Position numbers and translations under genes: made by a program. Positions 9,477 through 19,115 of a stretch of 64,000 nt of DNA are shown here, one piece after another (the first letter of the stretch is position 1; every line of letters starts with the position of its first letter). The notes under the pieces are model-generated. The model ran no database searches. It saw only the letters and a program-made list of their open reading frames with translations, and was not told the DNA's origin. The DNA comes from Nitrospirota bacterium (lineage in GTDB: Bacteria; Nitrospirota; Thermodesulfovibrionia; SZUA-242), in contig JALUUO010000018.1 in assembly GCA_027021335.1 (NCBI GenBank), positions 1,571 through 65,570 on the forward strand, written 5' to 3'.

Positions 9477-11732
9477 TTACCTGAAGTTGTTTTTTATGCT
9501 AACTCTAAACACCCGCTTCCGGAAAAACTCTACAAGCGCACGCCTTTGTGAAAGCAGGTGTATCTGTTCTGGTATGAGATCAGAGACCTCTACTTTCATT
9601 ATCGACATTTTGTACTCAATATGTGAGGCGAACCTATTATCCAGGTACCAGGCATATAGAAGACCGAACATAAGACCGGCCGGCGTAAAGGCTTCGGAGC
9701 CGTTTATAACACGCCTGTAGTAAAGTGGATTATGGCCTGAGCGGTTCATTCTTACCAGGGTTAAATACTCGTGCAGTTCGTTTTCCAGAAAGAAACATAC
9801 CCGGTCAGACGGCGGCCGGAGCGTAAGGCAGAAAAGCTTTCCGAAGAATTCATCCCCCTCTTTTAAAGGAAGTATCTCTTTTTTGACCGTATAGTTGCCA
9901 AGAAGGGACTCTCCAAGCGCAACCAGAATCGCCACTTCAAGGCGTTCTGGATTGTCAATTAGGTCCTCATGAATTTTCATGAAACCGTCGTCAGGGTCGT
10001 AAAACGATAGAACATTGTCCCATTCCAGGCTCCGCTTCCATTTAGACTTTTTGATGAATTGGGCGCCTTTTATATAACCCAGGTGTTCGATCAGTATGTC
10101 TCTGTGTTTCCAAAACACATCTATAAAAACATCGGCCAACCCGCCGGGCAGAGACAGTTTTTGAATTACCTGTCTTGCCTTGTTCATTCTTTCAGAGGGC
10201 GTCTCTGCTTTCTGGCTGGTTACCGGCAGGTTCTGGAATGATGATACAGGAAGGTTATGCCGAATATCTTTCGGAAGTTTCCTTTTTATGGCCCATAATG
10301 TTCGGATAGCCACGGCCATGGAAGAAGGATCATGTTGAACAACTTTTCTAGCCCTTAATGCATCACGTGAGAATATCATTGCCTCTACAGGCTCGAATCC
10401 AAGCTCGCATACCCTGGCTTGATCAAGATAGATCGGAATCTTCTCTTCAACAGCATAGTTCTGTAGAACATCTCCAGGAATACGCTGAAGACCAAGCACC
10501 ATAACCTGCCGGAAGAGATTTTCTACACCGCCGGGAATATTGCGGTGGTATGCCATGATCAGGTCGGATATATAGTATCTTCTGCTTGGGTTGTCATGCA
10601 CAAGATCCGTCTCACCCTTCTGCACCCAGAGATTGGCCACAAGCACCTTTAATGCTTTCCTGTTTTTTCGTATAGCATCCGCGATTCCTGGAACTTGTAA
10701 TATCGGAACAATGCTCGTGTATGTGCTGCCGGGAGCGAGAATGATTATATCCGCGCCTTTAATGCTGGTTAGAACCTCTGAAGGAACAACGGGCTGGTCA
10801 GAAAAATCCACAAACACCCTGTCAACCGGGTATCCGCGTCGTGCTATGCTTGATTTATATTCGCCGGAAACCAGAACTCCGTTTGAGTAGAGAACCTTTA
10901 GCTGAGCCGTTGTGGTGGTGCATGGAAGAACCGCATCCGGCGGCGCTCCGACAAGACTGGCGAAACGGCGAATTCCCTTAAGCACGGCATTATGGGTTAC
11001 TCCGGTCCGATTGCCGGCTTCCTGGTATATAGCTGCGGCAAGCAGAAGGTTCCCAAGGCAATGCGGCACCCCCATTGCATCGTTCAACAGGCTGTTACTA
11101 AACAGGGCTTCCAACAGTATCCATAAACCCTGTGCCATAGGTCCCGGGAGCCCGTCGAGACTGATATCGGCGGAACATAAAAGATCTGTAGGGGAGGCCG
11201 GTTTTTTCGAGAAACGGAAGCCGATTAATGTATGCAGAACGCCGACAATTTTTTCAGCCTCTCCTTCGCCCGCACCATAACGGTCTTGCAGCCTGCGCAA
11301 TTGTATGGAAGAGAGAAGAACGTGCCTGAGGTCGCCCAGTGCTATTATCGGAAGCCGCCTCAGAAGTTCGCCTGTTGAGCCTCCGTCATCTGTTACACAG
11401 ACGATGGACTTGGTTTTTGGAAACAGGTCTTTCAGCCCCCTGAAAGGTGAGAAGGGCCACATTGGGGTGCGGGAGTCCCCTCCTATAATGTTCGATAATC
11501 CTGTGCCTCCACCCAGAACCACTACCTTTACATTTTTGGTGTCCACGCGTGAAAGTGCTCCGGCCAGTTCAAGCATCTCCTCCTGTGCGCTTTCAGCCCC
11601 CTGCGGTGGCCCGTCAAGGGCCAGGTCGATCATTTTTTCCGCAAAAGTGTTTCTTGGAATAAGGTCAAGAGGGTTTAGCCGTATGCCTGCAATTCCGGCA
11701 AGGCTGGTTTCAATAGGGTTGCGTGACTTCAT
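9477..11732 (-). CDS. YvcK/CofD-family (UPF0052, gluconeogenesis factor / 2-phospho-L-lactate transferase-like) protein with a ~300-aa C-terminal extension of unknown function
   Basis: VVVLGGGTGLSNIIGG ... VCVTDDGGSTGELLRRLPIIALGDLRHVL are hallmark YvcK/CofD motifs. At 751 aa it is twice the usual size. It lies 71 bp upstream of the PilT-like ATPase on the same strand. Confidence 0.55.
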   Translation of the reverse strand: MKSRNPIETSLAGIAGIRLNPLDLIPRNTFAEKMIDLALDGPPQGAESAQEEMLELAGALSRVDTKNVKVVVLGGGTGLSNIIGGDSRTPMWPFSPFRGLKDLFPKTKSIVCVTDDGGSTGELLRRLPIIALGDLRHVLLSSIQLRRLQDRYGAGEGEAEKIVGVLHTLIGFRFSKKPASPTDLLCSADISLDGLPGPMAQGLWILLEALFSNSLLNDAMGVPHCLGNLLLAAAIYQEAGNRTGVTHNAVLKGIRRFASLVGAPPDAVLPCTTTTAQLKVLYSNGVLVSGEYKSSIARRGYPVDRVFVDFSDQPVVPSEVLTSIKGADIIILAPGSTYTSIVPILQVPGIADAIRKNRKALKVLVANLWVQKGETDLVHDNPSRRYYISDLIMAYHRNIPGGVENLFRQVMVLGLQRIPGDVLQNYAVEEKIPIYLDQARVCELGFEPVEAMIFSRDALRARKVVQHDPSSMAVAIRTLWAIKRKLPKDIRHNLPVSSFQNLPVTSQKAETPSERMNKARQVIQKLSLPGGLADVFIDVFWKHRDILIEHLGYIKGAQFIKKSKWKRSLEWDNVLSFYDPDDGFMKIHEDLIDNPERLEVAILVALGESLLGNYTVKKEILPLKEGDEFFGKLFCLTLRPPSDRVCFFLENELHEYLTLVRMNRSGHNPLYYRRVINGSEAFTPAGLMFGLLYAWYLDNRFASHIEYKMSIMKVEVSDLIPEQIHLLSQRRALVEFFRKRVFRVSIKNNFR

Positions 11733-12220
11733 GATATCCTGGCCTGTTCTGCTCTCCTTACGATATACTTTATACTTTTTATTTCCATCCGTTTTCGCTT
11801 TCTATTCACTTTAAGACTGGAAAATAGTTTCTTAAAATGTTTATACTAAAAATTCAAATTGGGTGACCTTTTTGCTAAGTATGCGCTAATATCTTTCGCG
11901 TAAAGACTTTTTAAAAAGCATCTACACACCTTATCACAGTTTGTCTGTGTTTTTAAAAAGTTGCTGGCATCTAAAATATCAGGATGTCTCTTTGCGTGAA
12001 ATTTCGCAATTTGGATAAAATCTATTTTAGAATAGCATAGTTTTGCCTTGCAAAATAATGCTTCCTTTTCAGGAAGTTTTTGTCTGTCTGTAGACCACGA
12101 ATCCGTAATCCAAACATTAATACTTAAAGGAGACGGCTGTAATGTGTTAAGTTATACTTACCTTCAGGTGAGTATACTTTTTTCTGTACTAGACAATCGC
12201 TGAAGAGAGGAGTAAATGTT

Positions 12221-13567
12221 ATGAGCGATTTATTGAAAGAACTGGCAGTACTTGCCGAGGAGCGTAACCATATTCCTCCGCAGGCCTACAACCGCTGGGA
12301 TGTAAAGCGGGGACTCCGTAATGAGGACGGCACAGGTGTTTTGGTCGGCCTTACGGAAGTTGGGAGCGTCCATGGATACCTTATTGACGAACGTGAAAGG
12401 CTTCCAAGGCATGGGCAGTTGAGTTACCGCGGTATTGATATAGGGGAGATTGTAACCGGTTTTCAGAGAGACAACCGACTCGGTTTCGAAGAAGTTGTAT
12501 ATCTGCTTCTTTTTGGTGAGCTTCCAGACAGTGGTCGCCTTAAAGAGTTCACCGAGCTTCTTGGGGAATATCGCGAACTTCCGGAGCGTTTCAATGAGTC
12601 GATGATACTTTCTGCTCCGAGTAACGATATTATGAATAAACTTGCTAGAAGTGTCTTGGCGCTTTATACGTTTGACGATAACCCGGACGATATCTCCATT
12701 CCTAATGTACTGCGCCAAAGCTTGCGGCTGCTTGCACGTTTTCCCATGCTTATAGCATACGCCTACAACGCCCTGGTACATTATCACCAGGGCGGCAGCC
12801 TGCATGTGCATCCGCCCAAGAAAGAGCTGAGTATAGCCGAGAACTTTCTTCATGTGCTTCGGCCTGACAGTTCGTTTACGCGGCTTGAGGCGGAAGCCCT
12901 GGATCTATCCCTGGTGCTTCATGCGGAACACGGAGGTGGAAATAATTCGAGTTTTACTGTGCATGTTGTTTCGTCTTCAGACACCGACACATACTCTGCC
13001 ATAGCCGCAGCGCTTGGATCTCTGAAAGGGCCAAAGCACGGCGGTGCCAACGCCTCGGTTATGGCCATGATGCAGGATATTAAGGAAAATGTATCTGAGT
13101 GGGATGATGAAGACGAGGTGGCGGATTACCTGTCCAGGATCCTGCGTAAAGAGGTATTTGATCGCCGCGGGCTTCTCTACGGTATCGGTCATGCCGTATA
13201 CACCCTTTCGGATCCGAGAGCGGTTATATTTAAAGAGAAGGCAGCGGCCCTGGCTGAACAGCTTGGTGATGCCCGTAAACGGGAGATGAACCTGTACCTG
13301 GCCGTGGAAAAGCTGGCACCTAAGGTTTTTGCCGAAGTCAAAGGGTCGGCCAAGGTGGTTTCGGCCAACGTGGACTTCTTCTCCGGATTTGTTTACGACA
13401 TGCTGGGCTTTCCTAAAGAGATATACACAGCCATGTTTGCCATGTCGCGTATAGCAGGGTGGTCTGCACATAGGATAGAGGAGATAATAAACGGTGGACG
13501 AATAATCCGTCCGGCATATAAAAGTATAGTACAGCCCAGGGCCTACACGCCTCTGCACAAACGCTGA
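12221..13567 (+). CDS. gltA: citrate synthase (Si-type)
   Basis: HAEHGGGN, HGGANASV (HGGANE-like), GIGHAVY (GxGHxVY), NVDFFSGFVY. 448 aa. GGAG RBS 11 nt upstream of the ATG. Confidence 0.7.
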   Translation: MSDLLKELAVLAEERNHIPPQAYNRWDVKRGLRNEDGTGVLVGLTEVGSVHGYLIDERERLPRHGQLSYRGIDIGEIVTGFQRDNRLGFEEVVYLLLFGELPDSGRLKEFTELLGEYRELPERFNESMILSAPSNDIMNKLARSVLALYTFDDNPDDISIPNVLRQSLRLLARFPMLIAYAYNALVHYHQGGSLHVHPPKKELSIAENFLHVLRPDSSFTRLEAEALDLSLVLHAEHGGGNNSSFTVHVVSSSDTDTYSAIAAALGSLKGPKHGGANASVMAMMQDIKENVSEWDDEDEVADYLSRILRKEVFDRRGLLYGIGHAVYTLSDPRAVIFKEKAAALAEQLGDARKREMNLYLAVEKLAPKVFAEVKGSAKVVSANVDFFSGFVYDMLGFPKEIYTAMFAMSRIAGWSAHRIEEIINGGRIIRPAYKSIVQPRAYTPLHKR

Positions 13568-13646
13568 AAACATATCCACAAGGGGATCAAGGGTCACAAG
13601 AAACGTTGTTTCAGTGTTTTGGCGTTTGTTGCTGACCGAAAGCCGC

Positions 13647-15152
13647 TCATTTATCCGTTACGGCAACAGGCTCTATTCGCTTAATTCCGTTTTGGGTAAG
13701 CACCAGCCGTATCCGCTCGTACCGGACGTTGTTGCGTGAACTCAACTTGATCACCATGTTTACATGGTAAACCTGAGTAGCGATAATTTGCTTGGCTCGA
13801 CCCTCTTTAAGATAAAGAAGTTTTGTGTCTGGTTCATCCATCTTCAGTAGAAAATTTCGGATATTAAACCGCATTATATCGGTTAAAGCATTCTTTCGTG
13901 ATTGGGTTTTTAGAAATTTTTTTGTAAAAAATGTGATTTCTCTTACGTAGTAAATTATTTTTTCACTCTGCCAGTTGTTTTCTATCTCGGTAATGTGATC
14001 CCGGTTTCTCAAGCGCAAGACACTGGGATCCACCCTGTTTTCTTTGACGAATTGAACACTTTCACGGCATATGCCGATTTTGCTGCCAGCGTTGGGATCA
14101 TAGATATTAGTGGATTTATCGAACATGGTATGCGATAGGGTTTTCTGCAGGTAGCTTTGAAAAAGGGCTTTTATGCGGTCTTTGAACATGTAACTTATAA
14201 CAAGGGCTGTGAAAAAGCTGAGTGAGAGGGTCCCGTAGTTTTTTTGATAATAAAAAGCGACTGCTGTTGCAAAAATCATTGCAACACCTGCTGCAAGCGC
14301 TAAAGCGAACTGCTCAATTCCTTTACCTTCCTCCACGGTCCGGACCGAAAGGTGCAGAACGTGTGCCACGAATTTCTTTAGGACGCTGAACCTGAAGAGA
14401 AAAAGCTCATTGTCGCTGTTTTCGATAAGCACGGAAGGGTATTTTATGGCTCTCCGGTAGTTAACCTCTTCCTGTATAAAAGTTACTAAATCATTGGTAA
14501 CCGGCCTAAGCTGCGAGTGCTCCGACATAGATTCAAGTAATTTAAGTACCTGCAGTGAGCGCCACTCTATAAGCAGGCTTATGTACTCATCAGTGAAAAC
14601 ATAAGTGGAATACAGGCTTTTTGGAAGGTTTATCAAGGAGTTCAGCCTCTTATGAAACGAACGGAACCTAAATGCGATACTACGGGTTTCAGAAACAAAA
14701 TCATTTACAAGCTTGATTACTTCAAAGATAAGAAGTTTATCGCTTTTAGAATCTATCAGCCGTCTAAATACCTTTTTGATCAGACCTCTGTGGTCCCTTA
14801 GTGAGCTTTTTAGGACGCATCCAAAAAGTCTGATTTCGTAGTCAAGGCTTTTAAGGTTGTCTTTGGAAGGATCCAGTTGAAAATTCTCAATTTTTGCAGA
14901 GAGTCTGTTTAGGGGAGACTCGCTGTTTCCGGGGTCGGTCAGGGATTGAAGTGAAAACTCAGGGGTTTTGAACCTGATATAAAGAAGTAAATCCCTGTAA
15001 AACTGTTTTTTGGTGTAGGTTGACTCACTAATATCCAGGTTGCTTGGCAGAAAAAAATATGTTTCTACCTTATAGCGATCTTTTTTTTGCCGCCTGCCCA
15101 GGTCATAGCGCAACTTGACTTCAAACTGGAATCGATCGTGTTTTTTTATCAC
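13647..15152 (-). CDS. hypothetical 501-aa protein with two central predicted TM helices; no recognisable domain; AT-rich relative to neighbours
   Basis: Long ORF, K/N/I/F/Y-rich. The hydrophobic pair ALALAAGVAMIFATAVAFYY / LSLSFFTALVISYMF lies mid-protein. AT-rich intergenic regions flank it on both sides. Confidence 0.5.
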   Translation of the reverse strand: MIKKHDRFQFEVKLRYDLGRRQKKDRYKVETYFFLPSNLDISESTYTKKQFYRDLLLYIRFKTPEFSLQSLTDPGNSESPLNRLSAKIENFQLDPSKDNLKSLDYEIRLFGCVLKSSLRDHRGLIKKVFRRLIDSKSDKLLIFEVIKLVNDFVSETRSIAFRFRSFHKRLNSLINLPKSLYSTYVFTDEYISLLIEWRSLQVLKLLESMSEHSQLRPVTNDLVTFIQEEVNYRRAIKYPSVLIENSDNELFLFRFSVLKKFVAHVLHLSVRTVEEGKGIEQFALALAAGVAMIFATAVAFYYQKNYGTLSLSFFTALVISYMFKDRIKALFQSYLQKTLSHTMFDKSTNIYDPNAGSKIGICRESVQFVKENRVDPSVLRLRNRDHITEIENNWQSEKIIYYVREITFFTKKFLKTQSRKNALTDIMRFNIRNFLLKMDEPDTKLLYLKEGRAKQIIATQVYHVNMVIKLSSRNNVRYERIRLVLTQNGIKRIEPVAVTDK

Positions 15153-15258
15153 GCGTTCTCCAAAATTCAGTAAATTTATACAATATTAGTATTATACTTC
15201 AGGCTATGCCCATACGCACATTTAGTGCTTTTTAAAGTTTTTAATAGAGTTTTTAATT

Positions 15259-15287
15259 TTGACAAACATGTCTTGTTCTTGTAATAA
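15259..15287 (+). promoter_or_regulatory. sigma70-like promoter (TTGACA-N17-TAATAA) upstream of the PilZ gene
   Basis: ttgaca aacatgtcttgttcttg taataa, about 35 bp upstream of the ATG at 15320. Confidence 0.35.
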
Positions 15288-15319
15288 TTTTCCTATGGTA
15301 TAAAAGAGGAAAGGATATC

Positions 15320-15982
15320 ATGGCACCACGCAAAGAAAGAAGAAATCATAGCCGATATGTAGTAGATGAACTTTGCGGCAGCATGTTGTCGCAGGATGTT
15401 ACTATAGTTAATATCAGCTTTGACGGCATACAGGTAAAGACCAGCAAAAGACTTAGCCCCGGACGCGAGTACAGGCTTAAAATCAGGCATAAAGATACCG
15501 CAATTGTGATCAAGGCGGAAATTGCCTGGTGCACCCTGAGTGGTTCCTTAAAAATGGAAAAAGGAGAACAAGCGCCTTTATACACCGCCGGAATGAGGTT
15601 TGTAGAGAAGGTTGATCAAAAAACAGAGATTTTACGCAGGTTTATAGAGGAGAGCAGGCAGAAGAAGACTGACAGACGCCTTTCAGGGGCTCGCTGCAAG
15701 CTTGCGGATGAGCATACAGCCGAAATAGAGGTGGAGTATAAGATAAAAAAAGTGAGTAAAAGCGGTATGTTGGTCGAGACGGATGAGGCGCTGGACTTGG
15801 AATCGAATCTTCACACGACTCTTTTTCTGGATGGCAATCCCATAGAAGTTCGGTGTCGGGTGGTTAATTGCAATAAAAACGTGGAAACGGAAAAAATGCT
15901 TATAGGTCTGGAATTTCTGGAATTATCTGAAGATTGTAAAGAAAACCTATACAGGTTCATCGATGAGATTGAAGACGTTTAA
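15320..15982 (+). CDS. PilZ-domain protein (c-di-GMP receptor type), possibly a tandem PilZ
   Basis: N-terminal RRNHSRY (RxxxR) followed by NISFDGIQV (D/NxSxxG). The second half is built the same way (KSGMLVETDE). Confidence 0.55.
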   Translation: MAPRKERRNHSRYVVDELCGSMLSQDVTIVNISFDGIQVKTSKRLSPGREYRLKIRHKDTAIVIKAEIAWCTLSGSLKMEKGEQAPLYTAGMRFVEKVDQKTEILRRFIEESRQKKTDRRLSGARCKLADEHTAEIEVEYKIKKVSKSGMLVETDEALDLESNLHTTLFLDGNPIEVRCRVVNCNKNVETEKMLIGLEFLELSEDCKENLYRFIDEIEDV

Positions 15983-16015
15983 GGCCAGGGCATGAACTGT
16001 TGTACCCGGCTATAA

Positions 16016-16855
16016 ATGATTTTCAAGCCGATTTATCTTTTCGAACTTGCGATCACCTTCTATTTTGCTTCAATGATCGTATCGGTCACTGAGATCTTCA
16101 GGGGCACAAAGACTATCTCGAAGCTGATGATCTCTTTTGCGGCAATCGGGTTTGCTCTGCATACCTCTAACATGATTGCGCGTTATATCTCCGGCGGATA
16201 CCTTCCAATTGCCAGCCTTCATGAAGCAACCGCTTTTTTTGCATGGTGCATAATATTAATATTCTTCTTTCTGGAGTTACGTTATCAGCTTGGTCTTCTT
16301 AGTTCGTTCGTTATGCCTATGGTTTTTGCTCTTATGCTTTTGTCTTCTGTACTGCCCAGGTCGATTAAGCCGCTTCCCCCGCTTCTTCAGAGTTCCTGGT
16401 TCGGGGTGCATATAAGCCTGGCATTCCTGGGAAACGCTGCTTTTGCCATGGCATTTGGGGTGGGTATTATGTACCTTATTCAAGAAAAGCACCTGAAATC
16501 TAAGCATCTTGGAGGGCTTTTCAAGCGTCTTCCTAACATTCAGGTGTTGGATCATCTTAACTACCGCCTTGTATCCCTGGGGTTTTCCCTGCTTGCCCTT
16601 GCTGTTATTACAGGTGCTCTCTGGGCACAAAGCGCTCTTGGAGCTTACTGGCGATGGGATCCTAAAGAGGTATGGTCTCTTATTACACTGCTTGTTTATG
16701 CTCTGATACTTCACGTGCGTCTAAACTCCGGGTGGAGAGGCAGAAAAGTGGCGATTTTGTCTATCATAGGATTCATGGTGGTGCTGTTTACTTTTTTGGG
16801 TGTTAACTTTCTTCTTGATAGTTCCCACTCGTTTTTCCGGGAAGATATAAAATGA
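16016..16855 (+). CDS. cytochrome c assembly (CcsA/ResC) family membrane protein, HemX-like by context
   Basis: Polytopic membrane protein with the WWD-type motif WAQSALGAYWRWDPKEVWSL. It sits immediately upstream of and overlaps hemA, as B. subtilis HemX (a CcsA-family protein) does in the hem operon. Confidence 0.6.
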   Translation: MIFKPIYLFELAITFYFASMIVSVTEIFRGTKTISKLMISFAAIGFALHTSNMIARYISGGYLPIASLHEATAFFAWCIILIFFFLELRYQLGLLSSFVMPMVFALMLLSSVLPRSIKPLPPLLQSSWFGVHISLAFLGNAAFAMAFGVGIMYLIQEKHLKSKHLGGLFKRLPNIQVLDHLNYRLVSLGFSLLALAVITGALWAQSALGAYWRWDPKEVWSLITLLVYALILHVRLNSGWRGRKVAILSIIGFMVVLFTFLGVNFLLDSSHSFFREDIK

Positions 16856-18117
16856 ACCTGCTTGTAATAGGATTGAACCATAAGACTGCCGACCTGGAGG
16901 TCAGAGAGAATATCGCCTTTGCCGATGATAAACTGGAGCCGGCACTCAAAGATCTATTGTCCATCGAGTATATTCACGAGGCTATCATACTGTCTACTTG
17001 CAACCGGGTTGAAATTTACACAAATGTTGATAATCAAGATAGGGCCGAAGATGCCATTAAGGATTTTATAAGCCGGTTTCATTGTATCGATCGTGTGGCT
17101 CTCGACCGCTCGCTTTTTGTATGTAAGAAGGACGAAGCCATACAGCATATTTTCAGGGTGGCCTCCAGTCTTGACTCAATGGTTGTTGGAGAACCACAGA
17201 TTCTTGGCCAACTTAAAGATGCGTACGAATTTGCACTTAATCGTAAAAAGACAGGCATACTTTTAAACAAGCTTTTAAATAAAGCCATTTCGGTTGCAAA
17301 GCGGGTACGTACAGAAACACGTATAGCTGAAAACGCGGTAAGTATAAGCTTTGCAGCGGTAGAGCTGGCACGTAAGATATTCGATGATCTCTCAACAAAT
17401 ACAGCCATGCTGCTTGGCGCAGGCGAGATGGCTGAACTGGCTGCCAGGCACTTGATAAGCGCTGGGATTAAATCCATGCGCGTTGCCAATCGGACCTACT
17501 CCAGAGGTTTGGAACTTGCAGGCCAGTTTTGTGGCACTGCACTGCGTTTTGAGGATTTTATAAACGAAATGGAGTATGTGGATATAGTCATATGTTCCAC
17601 CGGAGCTTCAAGTTACGTCCTTACCAAGACCCAGGTTAAGGATGTTATGAAATTGCGTAAAAATCGTCCTATATTCCTTATTGATATATCTGTTCCACGT
17701 AATATAGATCCTTTAGTAAACGAGCTGGACAACGTCTACTTGTACGACGTAGATGATCTGCAGGGCGTGATTGAGACGAACCTTGAACAGCGAAGGGCAG
17801 AAGCTGCTAAGGCGGAAGCCATTGTTAAAGAGGAAGTGGCTGCTTTTAAAAGCTGGATGGCATCCCTGGATGCTGTGCCCACTGTAATCGCTCTTAGAGA
17901 ACGCGCCGAGGCGGTACGCCAAGAGGAACTTGTCAAGGCCTTCAACAAGCTTGGTGTCGTAGAGGCCCGTACAGAACAGGTCATTAAAACCCTTGCTAAC
18001 AATATTGTGAACAAGTTGCTTCATCCACCCACTGTTAGTCTTCGTACAGAGGCGGCGGACAAAGATGTGTTGATAGAACTTATAAGAAAGATATACAGGT
18101 TGGATAATGATGAATAG
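16852..18117 (+). CDS. hemA: glutamyl-tRNA reductase
   Basis: [20 protein letters not shown]-terminus; conserved STCNRVEIY and GEPQILGQ; 421 aa. ATGA overlap with the upstream gene. Confidence 0.9.
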   Translation: MNLLVIGLNHKTADLEVRENIAFADDKLEPALKDLLSIEYIHEAIILSTCNRVEIYTNVDNQDRAEDAIKDFISRFHCIDRVALDRSLFVCKKDEAIQHIFRVASSLDSMVVGEPQILGQLKDAYEFALNRKKTGILLNKLLNKAISVAKRVRTETRIAENAVSISFAAVELARKIFDDLSTNTAMLLGAGEMAELAARHLISAGIKSMRVANRTYSRGLELAGQFCGTALRFEDFINEMEYVDIVICSTGASSYVLTKTQVKDVMKLRKNRPIFLIDISVPRNIDPLVNELDNVYLYDVDDLQGVIETNLEQRRAEAAKAEAIVKEEVAAFKSWMASLDAVPTVIALRERAEAVRQEELVKAFNKLGVVEARTEQVIKTLANNIVNKLLHPPTVSLRTEAADKDVLIELIRKIYRLDNDE

Positions 18118-19045
18118 CTATACTAAGAAAATCGTCCTGGGAACCAGAGGAAGCAGACTTGCAATGTGGCAGGCAGAGTGGGTTAAGGCCGCTCTTGAAG
18201 CGACTGGTAAGGGTATTACCGTTGAGCTTAGTAAAATAAAGACTACAGGGGATAAAATCCTGGATGTGCCGCTGGCCAAGGTTGGAGGAAAGGGCCTTTT
18301 TGTAAAAGAAATAGAAGAGGCTATGCTTCGCGGTGAAATAGATATAGCTGTTCACAGTATGAAGGATGTGCCCACAGATTTTCCTGATGGTCTTCACCTT
18401 GCGGTTATATGCGAGCGGGAGGATCCGCGGGACGCATTAATTTCAAACAGTTTCTCTTCTTTTTATGATCTTCCCCATGGTGCACGGGTGGGAACAAGCA
18501 GTCTCAGGCGTTCGTGCCAACTTTTAAGTATCAGGCCCGATTTGAATATTCTTTCACTTCGGGGCAACCTTGATACACGTTTAGGCAAGTTAGACGAAGG
18601 ACAGTTTGATGCTATTATACTGGCCGCAGCCGGTGTAAAAAGGCTGGGCTGGCAGGACAGAATCACGCAATACCTAAGCACTGATATAAGTCTTCCGGCT
18701 ATCGGGCAGGGAGCCATAGGCATTGAGTGCCGCAGGGATGACGCTGAAATCAACCTGTTAATAGGTGCGCTTAATCATAATAATTCGTACATCTGTGTTA
18801 GCAGCGAGCGGGCCTGCTTAAAAAAACTTGAAGGCGGCTGTCAGGTACCCATTGCCGCACATGCAGAGATAAACGGCGAGTGGCTTACTGTTCGTGGCCT
18901 GGTAGGTAGTCTCGATGGAAAGACGATCATAAAAAGTAAAATGGAAGGCAATGTAGAAAGTGCCGGAGTCCTTGGAGAGAGTCTTGGCCATGATCTGCTT
19001 GACAAAGGAGCCAAGGCTATACTCGACCAGGTCTATGGTGGTTGA
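18107..19045 (+). CDS. hemC: porphobilinogen deaminase (hydroxymethylbilane synthase)
   Basis: [26 protein letters not shown], cofactor Cys in [10 protein letters not shown]; 312 aa. Overlaps the hemA 3' end. Confidence 0.9.
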   Translation: MMNSYTKKIVLGTRGSRLAMWQAEWVKAALEATGKGITVELSKIKTTGDKILDVPLAKVGGKGLFVKEIEEAMLRGEIDIAVHSMKDVPTDFPDGLHLAVICEREDPRDALISNSFSSFYDLPHGARVGTSSLRRSCQLLSIRPDLNILSLRGNLDTRLGKLDEGQFDAIILAAAGVKRLGWQDRITQYLSTDISLPAIGQGAIGIECRRDDAEINLLIGALNHNNSYICVSSERACLKKLEGGCQVPIAAHAEINGEWLTVRGLVGSLDGKTIIKSKMEGNVESAGVLGESLGHDLLDKGAKAILDQVYGG

Positions 19046-19115
19046 CGAGTGAAGGGAAGACTTTTGCGAGGTTGAAGAATTGTATTGGCAAAGAAAGAGA
19101 GGGGATTAAAATTAT

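Noticed and set aside
9477-11732. Possibility that the 751-aa YvcK-like ORF is two genes joined by a frameshift or assembly error
   Set aside because: The frame is continuous with no internal stop or obvious homopolymer slip site at the domain boundary. It cannot be excluded without reads, so it is reported as one CDS.
11733-12220. Sigma-54 promoter (TGGCAC-N5-TTGCA) in the long intergenic region. TGGCAT and TTGCA elements are present.
   Set aside because: The two elements are not at the required 10-11 bp spacing relative to each other, so it is not a credible -24/-12 promoter.
12230-13597. Two long minus-strand ORFs (207 and 206 aa) inside the citrate synthase gene
   Set aside because: They lie entirely antisense to a strongly supported CDS, have no RBS, and show no motifs. 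These are shadow ORFs typical of ~50% GC coding DNA.
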